DNA of 64,000 bases from Iphione sp. A-MEVVRFRX5 (Eukaryota), in the NCBI GenBank assembly GCA_976226885.1, contig OZ320320.1:37324001-37388000 (forward strand), written 5' to 3'. Below, piece by piece: positions 38,201 to 49,870 of the stretch; position 1 is the stretch's first letter; each line of letters opens with the position of its first letter. The notes beneath the pieces were generated by a model. That model did no database searches, was not told the origin of the DNA, and worked only from the letters and a program-made list of their open reading frames with translations. The translations under genes were made by a program, and so were the position numbers.

Positions 38201-41200
38201 AGTGCTGTGTGCAAAGAAGATGGTGGGGTAGAAGATTTCATCATGCAGCGAGAGTAACCATGTGGGAAGTGAGTGCATCTGGAGGACTGATGTCTATCAA
38301 CAGCTCGAGGCCACGCTACGTGGTGTGACTCGGAGAGGAGCCCACTAAAGTAGATGTTCTCGTCCTGAACTGCTCATGCTTAGTGGGTCGGATCCATTAC
38401 ATGAGAGCAGCAGAAGGAGCAGGAAGCTAAGAGACAGAGGTCGTACATTTCTCATGCTCACTTCTCACCGCCACAGTTGGAGAGAGGCGGTGCAGCTTGC
38501 TTACCACTTGCCCTGAGCAGGTTGAGCTGGTGGTGTGAGTTGCTCAGCGCCTCTAAATATAATTGGATTAGAACTGAGGCGCCTCGCCGCATGTTAATAT
38601 GCGAGTGCAACTCAACGGATAAACACGACAGGCTGCTCCGGTCGCCTCTAGGGTCGTCTCTTGGGTCCTTACTTCTTCCTCCCCTAGCTCTCCCCGTTTC
38701 TCCCGGGACCTTCCCTCCCCTCACCTTACTCTTCACCCTCCCTAGTCCTCCCTCCCCCTTAATCTCCTTCCGCATTGGTGTCGTAAAAGGGTCAGAACTC
38801 CACGTGGTTATGGGCGGGCTCTAAAAGGCGAGGGGGCGGTGCTGGGTACCGGTGATGGGAGTGCGCTGGTAGGGTAGCTGGTACTTGGTAATGGGTGGTC
38901 ATATGCTAGGGTGGATAGGTGGTAGTAGCAGAGCCGCGTGTTAGTAGTTCCGAGGGAGGCTAGTGGTGCTCAGATAGGCGAAGGGTACTTCAGATGGTTG
39001 TGCTAATGTAGATGATGGGTCCTGGGTGACAGCTAATGCAACTGTGTTAATGGAATAAGCTAGGTAGTAGTACAATAGTGCCTTTTTGTGCAGGACAGTA
39101 GGTACATGAGGTTATGATAGGTACACTAGAGTACTCAGATGGTAGTCGAAAGAGAAATGCACCGTGGTAGCAATGCTGGTGGTGCTTTCGAGTGGTATTG
39201 AGATACTGATATCTCACATGCAGAAAATCCTTGTTGTATTGAGGTCGCTGATTACAGTACAGGCACTGATATGATTTCTGGTGCAATCTGCCAGTTGTGA
39301 TAATGACTTTAATATAACACCATAGCAACAATATACATAGTCAAGTCATGTCTGTCGTATAATCGGAGAGGTAGGTTGGTAGTCCTTGAATTCAACAGGT
39401 TCTGGTGGTACAATGTAGTCAGTATGTAATCGCTCTTCTGGTACATTATAAATGTCTCAGGTCCAGGGGAAGTGATAGTGAAGATCCTGTTAGCGAGTGA
39501 TATTAAAATCTATCTAGAGGGACATTTTTTGGGCTGCATAGTCTAGTGGAAGTAATCGGTGGTGTGTTGAGGTTGAGATGATTGGTAGCTGATGTTAGGT
39601 CCTAGTTGTTTAAAATCAGACTGACATATGGTTTCAGTAATTACATAAACAGGTGGGCTTTTGCTGATAAATTGATGTCTGCAGCATTAATAATGTATCG
39701 ACACATTGCTCATTGCTGCTTCATGTATATCGTTTCTTACATCATGATAACAGGAATGAAGTGAGCGTAGCATTGGGTTATCTAGTGCCCATACTAGTGT
39801 TTAGTTCCAGTGGTAAATCTAGAGAAGCATTTGATAGCAAAACACAAACGTTCATGGAATCGGTACTAATAACACAGTCGAACCTTACTACTGCGGACAT
39901 TAGGGGAGCTTTTTATATTGTGTTTGCAGCAGGAAGTGTCGGCACTAAGTACAATTTCACAGTAAGGGAAAAGAAATGGGTTCTGTAGTTGCTATGTCAA
40001 CAGTAAGGGTTCCTCGCTTTGTCCAGTTGTCTCCTAACATGGATTTCACCGAAAAGGCAGACTGGCCCATGCTAGGATTAATGGCCAGCCGAGAGGAAGA
40101 GGACAAAAAGGACTTAACAGGGTATTTGGTAGCAGTACAGTAAGCTTGTTTGGTGCTGATGTCTACTCTTAGTTTGAGTAGTCCACCCTAGGGAACTTTC
40201 TGGTCGTAGCATTCATGGATAAAAAGGCAGGTTGGATGTTGCTGGTGTGAATGGTCAGACATCGTAGTCAAGACACAGGAAACTTGGGGAGTTAATGGGA
40301 TACCATGGAGAGCATTTGTTCTCTTCAAACTGTCCCTATTGAGATGTGCTCCTGTTGGAGAATTCGTTTGATGTATGGAATATAGTATATGTTCTTCACA
40401 AAAGTGCCCCTAACAGAGGCAAGCCTCTATTGGAAACCTGTCCCTGAGGTGACTTTTCACTGTAACTATGAGTCGAACAGAAAAGTCAACCACTTCTGAA
40501 TCAGTTTTGGTCGTCAACTCAACAGTAGGTCGCAACATTCAACGATCACTTGACAGTAATGCAGCCGAAGATTCTCGTGTAGGTAGAATGCAAGGTTTTG
40601 AGTTTTGAGTGGTCAATCTCACTGCATCTGTGACTTGATTACCATGATAGAATAGTTTGCTAAAGAGAACCAGCTTTGAATCCCTCCCCAAAGTGGAAGC
40701 TATCTATATTTGATTAGTCAATTCCTAGTGGCAGCCTGGCCGCTCCCATTGATATTAGGCGACACTAGCTCATTTAGGGGACCAACCGGACCAGTCCGCG
40801 ATTGATGTGCACCAAAAAAGCCTTAAAATACCTCGCTTTCAGAAAGTATACATGTACATTTGACCAACTAGAGCAGATAACTTCTCATTTCATAATGGTG
40901 GGTATTTTATTGTCAACATTACGCAGACCCGTAGTTACCATTACGAAAGCCCAAAGTCTAATCCTCATTTCCTCCCTTGACATTTGATTACCTCGTCTCC
41001 CATTCAACTGACACATTTGTCCTTGCGTTGACCTACTTACTTGAAGGTTAAACCCAAGCATGTCTAGTCCTTTCATTCAGTAACAGTACACCAATCCTAC
41101 ATACAGGCCTTTGGGACGATCTTCCTTAAAGGGCGAGTAGGCAGTCTATCGGTCCTATTATATCATCCTGTATGGGCCTTGATTATTGAGGCCTGACACT

Positions 41201-44200
41201 GCTTCCTTACCATTACCCACCCACAAGTTTTTTTTACCTGCTCCTCGCTCATTCTTGTCGTTCTCAATCCCCTCCCGCCAGGTCAATCTTCCAAGGCTAT
41301 CCCACAAGCAGCTCTAACCTCACTCTCCCCAAACCCTTCCTATTTTGTCTACGCCTGCCCTTGTCAAAGGCCCAAACCCACTTGTGCAGTTCCCAATTCT
41401 CATTTCTCCACTGGTCCCTTGTGCGATGGCTACTCGAGAGTGCTATTTCGATAGGGATTGCTTCCTTCAGGAAACAGCGATACTTTAGGCTGACACTCCT
41501 GCTAAACCTATTTCTCTCCTGTGCATATACATACACCCATATATGGGCCGCCGCTCCTTGCCGGCGATATGTTGCCCGTTAGCCCTGATCTGCCAAGTCG
41601 TCTTGCTGCCAGCCATATGTCTCCGTCCGGCGTCCCTCCCCCCCACCTTGCGAACGGCCCGCGCACGCTGGCGACTGACGCCAAGTGGCGCCATCAAATA
41701 TGAATGACGTTCACAAATTGGTTTCCTTTGGTCATTGCTCGATAACCGGCAACTCACCCTACCCTTTCTCCCTCCCGCTCCTGTTAAACTGCCTACGGGG
41801 CCGTACCCTCGTCCCAACACCCAGTGACTGATATAGAATCTTCCTACCCATCCGGTAAGCTTCGGGAGAGGTGAGGGGGGGGGGGGTTAGACCTCCTTTT
41901 GTAGCCTGGCCGAGTACCTTTCTTTCAATGCCGACCTGCCGCCAGAATGGGTCGGGAGAGGCTATCGTAGTCTCTTAGAGCTTTAGGACGGAATAGACAA
42001 TCTATAGACACGGAGTTACAGTTCCAACAATTCCAGTGGTTTCCACTCGGAGCCCCTGCAGCCTATATCTGCACATTCCTACAATTAGCCACGCCACGGA
42101 AGGTCCAGGGGATGGGCACCTATGAACAAGACATCATCAAACCAGTGTAGCCCACCAGAATGATCACAGTCACATTTAGACCCACACCCCACCACATCCT
42201 TAATTCCATCTACAGTGTACTTGAGGATATTACACATGGTCCAGGCCCGTGAAATACTGTTTGACATGTGGACTGTCTATACGAAAGATAAACCAAAACG
42301 TGGGGCGAGAATTAAAGCACTCCCTAGCAAGAGAGGGGCTTAATCGGTCCAACAAGACCGAGTAGACCTCTGCCAAATGAGGGCTTGGAAAGGAACATAC
42401 CGTATATAACATTATTCCCTGATTGGACTCGTTCTTTCCAATTTCGTATTGTTTTTTTAAAATCAAGATTCGACGATACGTATTTATTTCGGTATTTATT
42501 CTTTAAAAGATCGTATACACGTTTAATGACGTTGACACCTCGCAAGGTAATCTTTTCCAAAACACAACCGCATACGACTCCAAGCATATTATAACACCAC
42601 ACTTACAAACTAAGGACTACAGTGTTGCACATACCTTGGCGAACAGGATCACACATCCCTGATGGAGTCGAGCAACTTATGAAATGTTCGATCACCCCTG
42701 CTCAATACACCTATACACCCTATTCACAACTGGTTTGTTTTTGTGAATTTTTATCGGTCTTTTCATCTTTATATATAGCTAAAGCCAGTGGGGAAACCCA
42801 GACTATCGACCCTATCTCTTACCAGAACCGGTTGAGAGGATGAGTGTTCAATACTGCTCATACATGTCTCTGAATGGAGGAGGCCCAATTTGTCGCTAAA
42901 AAGGTCCCATATCAGGAAATCCGGCTTGTATAAATCAACACATTTTCTCTAGTGTACTAAAATTTCTGATAATTCAGAATTCAAAGTACCGGTACATGAA
43001 ATATCAATATTGTACATATGGTAAGATTTGTGTACGTTGCAAGCTCGTAAAATAATCGGAAGTATGACAGTAGCATATGGGAGGAGATGGAGGGTAAAAT
43101 AAAGTGTCATTATTTTCCGCGTTTTATTTTCAGGGGTAGTTGACACGAGCCGGCTTGTGGAGTGGCGGGGAATATGCCTGGCGGTGTCCATAGCTGAGGC
43201 CGCCCCAAGGGGCCACGGAGATCGTCCTCCCTCTACATCACTCACATGTACCATCCCTGCGCCGATTCCTCTTAGAGGAGTGCCAGTCCCATCATTTCAC
43301 GCTTGTCATTTGTGGAGGCAGTCGCCTGGAAAGTGGGCGAGTGGCGCACGACAGATGGAGGGCAGGAGGGAAATGGGGTCGGGGGTTCGGACGGTATTGT
43401 TGAGGGCTTGGGTTGAGGGCAGGGCAGGTGATGGGACGACAGGGAGGCACGTGTATAAGACAAAGATTGAATACTCAGGTTGATTTAGGAGTGTGAGAGG
43501 GAGGCTTTGAACGGGTTGCTGGGATCATTCCGAACAGTTGAAGGACAGGATTTTAAAGGATACGACAGGTAGGTCTTTGGTACTGAGGGTATGTCTTGAG
43601 TGGGTCGCTAGGTTTCTGGTATAAAAAAAACACTCAGGAAGCAGTATATTCGATGGTGCTTGTTGACAGAAATAGGACAACTCAAAGCCTATTTTATACC
43701 AGTGATATTTTTGTCTAATCTATTTGATTTCTATCGTAATAGGACAGGCTTAGAGGTGATTTAAATCATGATAATTTACAACAAACTTAGATTAAATACA
43801 CTACTGACATGAAAATATGAAAAGTAGTGCTCCATCAAGTGACCTGAATTAAGATTTGTTATTATACATAGAACTGATCAGTTTCTATGGTACTCTGAGA
43901 TGATATATGTCTGTATCAAAAAGGATATCAATTATGCCACTTATACAATGTTTTAAAGATCAAATAGTAGCTGTGAAAAAAGTAGCATCAAATTCTGAGG
44001 TTTAGTGCAAAACATCCATAAAAATATTGTTCTCTTTTAGGTATAACGTTTCTTAAATAAAACAATTAGAGGTAGTTATGATAAAAACATATTTCATACG
44101 ATTACAAACATGAAATAATATGAGCATCTAATTGTAACTGCCAGTGTAACAGAATATATATTTCAATATTTCTAATATTTTCAAAGTAACGAAAGATATT

Positions 44201-44305
44201 CAAAATAATCATATGAAATATAATTCCGAAAATTACATAAATTTACAATAAACTATTTAAGTTTGTTTTTATAAAAGATTATTGGACAGACAGAATAGGT
44301 CCATA

Positions 44306-44656
44306 AGGCCTAAACAAAAAATATCAGTGTTTCCGGTAACCAGACCTACCCTTATTTTGGTGTTAAGGTAAATTTTTATTTTATTATTGTTTTTATAAAT
44401 ATCTCAGCAATGAATAAGGGTAGAGACTCATATAATACACCATTGTGTTCCTTATGCTATTAGCTCATATTTAATATGTATTTCATTAAGATATAACCAT
44501 TAGAACATATATTACCAGATTGATTTGTTGATAGGAGTATCATTTCAAATTGAAAAAAACAGAAATAAAAATAAAGATACCACTGACCTACCGACCCTAT
44601 GTATGCATGTATTTTTTTCAGCTTGTTACCGGAAACGCAGAACTTTTTTTAGGCCT
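44306..44656. mobile_element. MITE of about 350 bp with ~33-bp terminal inverted repeats (Kolobok-like termini)
   Basis: Left end aggcctaaacaaaaaatatcagtgtttccggtaac; reverse complement of the right end aggcctaaaaaaagttctgcgtttccggtaac. The interior is AT-rich and non-coding with gacctacc repeated near both ends. Flanks ataa and taac are degenerate TTAA-like. The superfamily call is tentative. Confidence 0.8.
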
Positions 44657-47340
44657 AACCCCAAACAATGGTCTGTATGCAATTTATAGTACTGGCATAC
44701 GACTAAATTGGTGATTCTTCTTACTACAAAATAGCATTTTGAAATCTAGTTATATAGCTTATACCCTGTAGTATATGTACCATTTAATTTTTTTGACATG
44801 AAAACCTCCAATTTACTAGAAAGCTCTTCCTAACTTCTCATCGGTTTATCGGCCAAATTTGCTGGACAAGCCCATGAGCAGTCAGAAAGCGTTAAAAGCC
44901 AGTAAAAGATCGCTAATGGGAGAACTGGATGGTTTGTTGCTTGAAAGGACGTGTGATTTTTAGTTTGAAAGTATGACAATCTTGAGGCAAGAGGGTTGGG
45001 TTTGATGTCACTTTAAAGGGCGGGGAAAACGAGATTTATACCAGGAAAAAAGGGGCATTAACAGAAGAAATCCAAAAAGTTGGAAGGTATAACGTTAGGA
45101 TATCCTCTATTACAATCTCGCACCATATATGGGAGGGCACTCGAGGTTAAAAAAAATCGCATAACGTGGTAGTCAGTATGGATTTGAAGAAAAGTGCCTC
45201 TCAACCCGAAGGAAGCTGGTGCTGTGAATCGGTGTAGAGCAGCGGTGCATTCTGTTAAGAATGCCAGTGGTAGTTTTGTTCGCCTGAGTTAAATCACTAA
45301 GAAGGAGTGAGGAATTGTGTAGAAATCGTCGTTCAATGGAGGAATCCAGTTGAAAAAGGAGGAAAAAGAACGAAACGGGTCGGAGAATATTCAGGAGGGA
45401 CCAGAGTTGGGATAGAAAAGCTTCTGGTTCTAGCATAAGGATGTACAATTTGAGAAATCTGCACACGCCGGGTGTGCTGCCTAGCTTGACTTTTAAAGGG
45501 AGCCTTGAGAAAATGACATGTTTGAAATCGAATCAATCATTATTCATAATTCCATGGAGCCGAATAGTTCTAACGGACAGACAGTGTACAGCGTACCCTC
45601 TGAAAAATCGATATTATTGTGTTTTTTAAGCTGTTTCACAATTGGAAGATGTGCCCTTTGCAAATCGTATTCCCGTCATGAAATTCAAATGGCTTCTGGG
45701 AATTTTTCATATTTGGCTAGATACCTATTCGTTTCTGGTCTCTCCTTTGAGGGACAGGAAATCACCAGGCCAATGTATAGTAGTGTAGCGGGTGGGTTGT
45801 AAGAAAGATTATGGTCATCATACATTAATTAAATTGAATTTATTTTAGATATATTGGCCACGACTTAACTTCCGGCCGAAGTTTGGTATATACATTTACA
45901 CTTACACATTATTATGTGTCCTGGATGATAACTTTTGAACTCAATTACGATTCTGGGCAGTCGTCCGGAGAAGGACCCTGGAGGCAGCCGGCTGGAGGAA
46001 AAGAGAAGGAAGGGTGTGTCCAAAAAACACAGCCATCCGCTCGTGCTTGAGTGAACATCGATAAGAGTTATGGCTGCTCAAGCATAATTAGGAGGAGCCC
46101 ACACACATTGTGACCATAAGACACAGTTGGCCGAGCTTTATTGTCACTTTGGTCACGAGCGCGTGGAAACTCAAATTAATTCACAAGGAAACATGGGCCC
46201 ACGAAAGCAAGGTCATTCTGCACGAAAAAGTGTGAAAAGAATACAGGCTTCTCATAAATTCCACACCTAACGTCTCAAAAATACGTTATTTCTTCCCGAA
46301 TGTTGTTGAAAAGCATTCATTCATCACTTAAATGTGCTCGAGCGAACAAACAAATTTCAAACGAAAAAAAGAACCTTCTATAAATATCGCCAACTTAGAA
46401 TTTTAGCATTCGACGCGAAGGCCGCTTTGCCGTGTTAAAGGACCTGGTACGGGATTTTCGATTTGCACTGTGCTATATTTCTTGAGATACTTGATAAAAT
46501 CTTGCAAAGTCAATGACCAGAAAGGGGACTAATCTAGCGTCCGGTGATAGGAGGGACCCATTGTGTGCTATTCAGACATCGGCCAGAAGCCATCGTCTAT
46601 AACTCTAGGACGTCTGGTTACAAAACTCCTGCCCGCCCCCCGCCCCAATACGGGCAGCAGTACAGGACCAGACAACATGAGCCCGTGTCACCAGACAGTG
46701 GTGGGTTAGATGGGCAGAGTTAAGGAAGTTCTGCCTGCAGAAATAGGAGCAGCTCGCTATACTAGAAGCAGTACACAAGAGATGCCTTCTCGGATGTTGG
46801 CATAGATGTACGAGCTATTCTGAGTTCTTAATGGCATTGAGTGTCCGAGGACAAGCTAGGGGACGGTGTTGTTAGGCCAGTGCTCCGAGTCAATGCGTAT
46901 ATGATAGTAGGCGTCAGGTAGTAGGGCTTATATATTTCCATTTTTGACACAGAAGCATGCTGGAGAAAACATCTGCAGATACGGGATCTGTAGCTATGTC
47001 TCCAACGTTGAAAGAAAACCCTGGAACATGTATATGCATGAACATGATATGCAACATACCTTAAATGAGGAAATGTGCAGAACCTCTGTGAACTCATAAA
47101 AGCCTGTTGAAAAAAGGTGTTGCAACAGCCGTCGATACTATAGAATACAAGCATTATCGAGCTAACGTATTGAACAGAAGACTCCCAGGCGGAGGACAGT
47201 GCCTGGCAGAAGACGACGTATAAAACGCAGTTTCCCTTATCGTTTATCTAGCTGTAACGTTTTTACCTAGTGGGAATCTTTCCAAGACAGTGTAGAGTGA
47301 ATCTCACCAAGCTGTATCACAGGCCTGGAAGGGTGAAGTG

Positions 47341-47412
47341 CCAGCTCAGTGGTACAGTATCACATGGAGTATTACAGTGACTGCCATGCGTAGACTTCGA
47401 GTTCGAGTCTCC
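47341..47412 (+). mobile_element. Degenerate tRNA-derived (Pol III A-box/B-box) head, possibly the 5' end of a SINE
   Basis: A-box-like cagctcagtggt (47342-47353) and B-box-like gagttcgagtctc (about 47399-47411). No cloverleaf or paired acceptor stem, so not a functional tRNA. Confidence 0.45.
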
Positions 47413-48209
47413 TCAGATAGAGATGTGCGCCATTAAAATTTTCATTAGTAACGTTTACGAAAGAAATAACACGCCTCGTAATGTTGACACCACCTCTTGG
47501 ATATGGGCTCGCATGAGAGTAAAACTATATTTCTACAATAGTTTTTTCGTCAGAGTGGTAGTTTCTGTCAAGAAAAGTTTACCCCGAAGAAGATTGATCG
47601 GGGATAGTGCTTAGCTAAGACCAAACTTTCATAGCAAGAGTGGTTCACTTAATGAATTACATGGTCGGGGTGGTGCGATTTAATAGCATATTACTGACTT
47701 GTAACGCCAGCCAACAATAGTAGATATTTGGACTGACTTGTTATCACATGCCATACACTCCCCTTAAGCGCTGGCTTTCCTGGCGGTTCGTATAGAAAGC
47801 CATTGGTCAGTGGCAGAAATACACATAGATCAATTTCTCTCTCTATTTCCCGCCCCTCAGAACAGGCTTGATACGCCCATGCAAAAAAAGGCATTTCTAT
47901 CTCACTTCCCATACGCCTAAGTGTCGTGGTAGATCGTGAAGGAGGCCGATGATGTCAGACCGATTGAATCAGAATCACTGTTAAGCATACGTCTGTAGCA
48001 GGCGGGGCTCATACGGGCGATAATTCCTGCTCCGTGAAAAGAGTGATGGCTACCTTTCAAGCAGTTTCTTTCCCGGCCCGTGGAACAGCTCTGATACCCA
48101 TTGGAACGGTATATTATGCGTTACGCCTCGGTGGGCAGACCTCTCAGCGGGTCAGGAGTTTCTATGTCTCTCTGCCTCAGCACCCACTCACAACTCAATC
48201 TCCGCTATC

Positions 48210-48310
48210 AGGCAACCAATCTAATGGAGCGGCACAGGCTGGGATTGGCTCTCGCCTAGACGCGCTCAGAGCCTGCCGGCCATTGGCTCGCTGGGGCCGG
48301 CAGGGGTGAC
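48210..48310. promoter_or_regulatory. Promoter/enhancer-like CpG-rich segment with three CCAAT boxes
   Basis: CCAAT at 48216-48220 and ATTGG at 48244-48248 and 48282-48286 in GC-rich context. Function is inferred from motifs only. Confidence 0.4.
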
Positions 48311-49529
48311 AGAGCGAGTTGGTTGTAAAACAAGTGAGAGCTATTCGCTTTGCTCCGATTGTGCGGCCTGTCTTAGCAGAATCTGTCTGTATTCAGATTT
48401 ATTTCGTACATTTATCCCCACATTCCGGTCCCACTTTTCTCTTCAGTACACTTTTAATGCATTATAAATATTTTGTTGCTTTCTCTGAAATTTTCACAAT
48501 GGCCCTTGCATTTTGTTCGTTGTGGTGACTTCTGAACGCCTCTCGCTTCCTCTTTCTTTGTTTCCACCATTTTATATGCATACTATTTGGTATATGAATG
48601 AATTTTCTGAAAAAAAAAACAAATCGGAGGGGGCAAATTATTTATAAACTGCATTTTATCTACTCTCTGTTGGAATATACTTTGGAAGCGGAGAACAGTT
48701 GCAATCGCCGTTAAATCTTCAAATTGGTCACTGGAATTGAAACATTTTTTTGCCTTTAGTACAATTACTATTGGTAAACACTCCCATATACGTAACTATC
48801 CAGTTAAGATAAGGTGTTTGAACTTGACCTTTAAAGACAGACAAACCCCAAATGATTCGAAAGTGGCCTCTGTCAACGAATGTTACACACGTCAGACAGC
48901 GAAGATCCTGGAGTTTGAATGTGATCTTTCTATATATATCCTCACTGGTCAGATCTTCTTAAGTCAGTCTGTCGTTTATACACAATAAAGACACAAAAAA
49001 GAAATATATGTATACTGTATCTGATATTGTTCAACTTATCCATCCATTTAAATTGATTGACACCTATGTAGGCTTGTCTTGCTTGCCCCCCGGTGTAAAT
49101 GTCCTTTGTTTTCATTACACATTTGATCCACTTCTTTTACCGCCCACTTTAATCGACCGTTCATTGTTCTAACAAAAAGTACTATCCTGCAAGTAAGACA
49201 ATATTCACACCTAAGAAATCCCGGCTCCTACCAGCAGAATCTTTGAAGCTTAAGAACACCGACCTACCTACAGGCTTATCATACAGTCTTGCTTCGTTAT
49301 ATTGACATTGAATATCACAGACGAATTGTCAATTTATCAAATATGTGACTAAACTGGGGTAATAACATAAGTAACAATGTAACTGGTTAAAGATTTGTGT
49401 AATTATAATGGATGGATTATAGTGGAACGATATTGCTTTCTTTGCTAATGAGACACCTACGAAAATCACAGTTACCTTTTCAGGTATATTTTAGCCCAGA
49501 GCACTCTATGGTGACCATCTCTTCTCTTC

Positions 49530-49870
49530 AATCTGTTCTTCGCTTTGTGGCACTCACTCTTTTATTTCAAATACTTATTGTCTCCTTTGCGTCTGTTCCT
49601 GCTGTTTCACTTTCCCATTCGATCTATTTGAATCCTTCCATCTTAATTTTCAAGCCTTTCGGCCTGAAGCCTATCTCCTTGACCTACCGCCCCCTCTCAA
49701 TCCCTCACCCAAACATAAACCCAAACTGCTATTCGCTAACTACCAATTTTCTCACCCTTGATCTTTCCCTCTGCCCAGCCTACTTCTCACCCGTTGACCC
49801 ACTCGCTGCTGCTCCATCTCCCTCCGTATCTCTCACCGGTTCTTGTTTCTCCCTATTTCAACGCCGCCCA
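49530..49870 (+). repeat. Pyrimidine-rich tract ending in a GC-rich island
   Basis: C/T-rich plus strand; accounts for the spurious 176-aa ORF 49412-49942. Confidence 0.85.

Noticed and set aside
42085-42267. LHWFDDVLFIG resembling an RT YxDD motif (or a fibrinogen-like GGWW segment)
   Set aside because: No other RT or FReD motifs in any flanking frame; a short isolated match.
37700-48840. TTAAAGGG / CCTTTAA motifs as Kolobok-type element ends (about 37705, 41125, 45012, 45493, 48826)
   Set aside because: I could not pair any left and right ends with extended inverted similarity.
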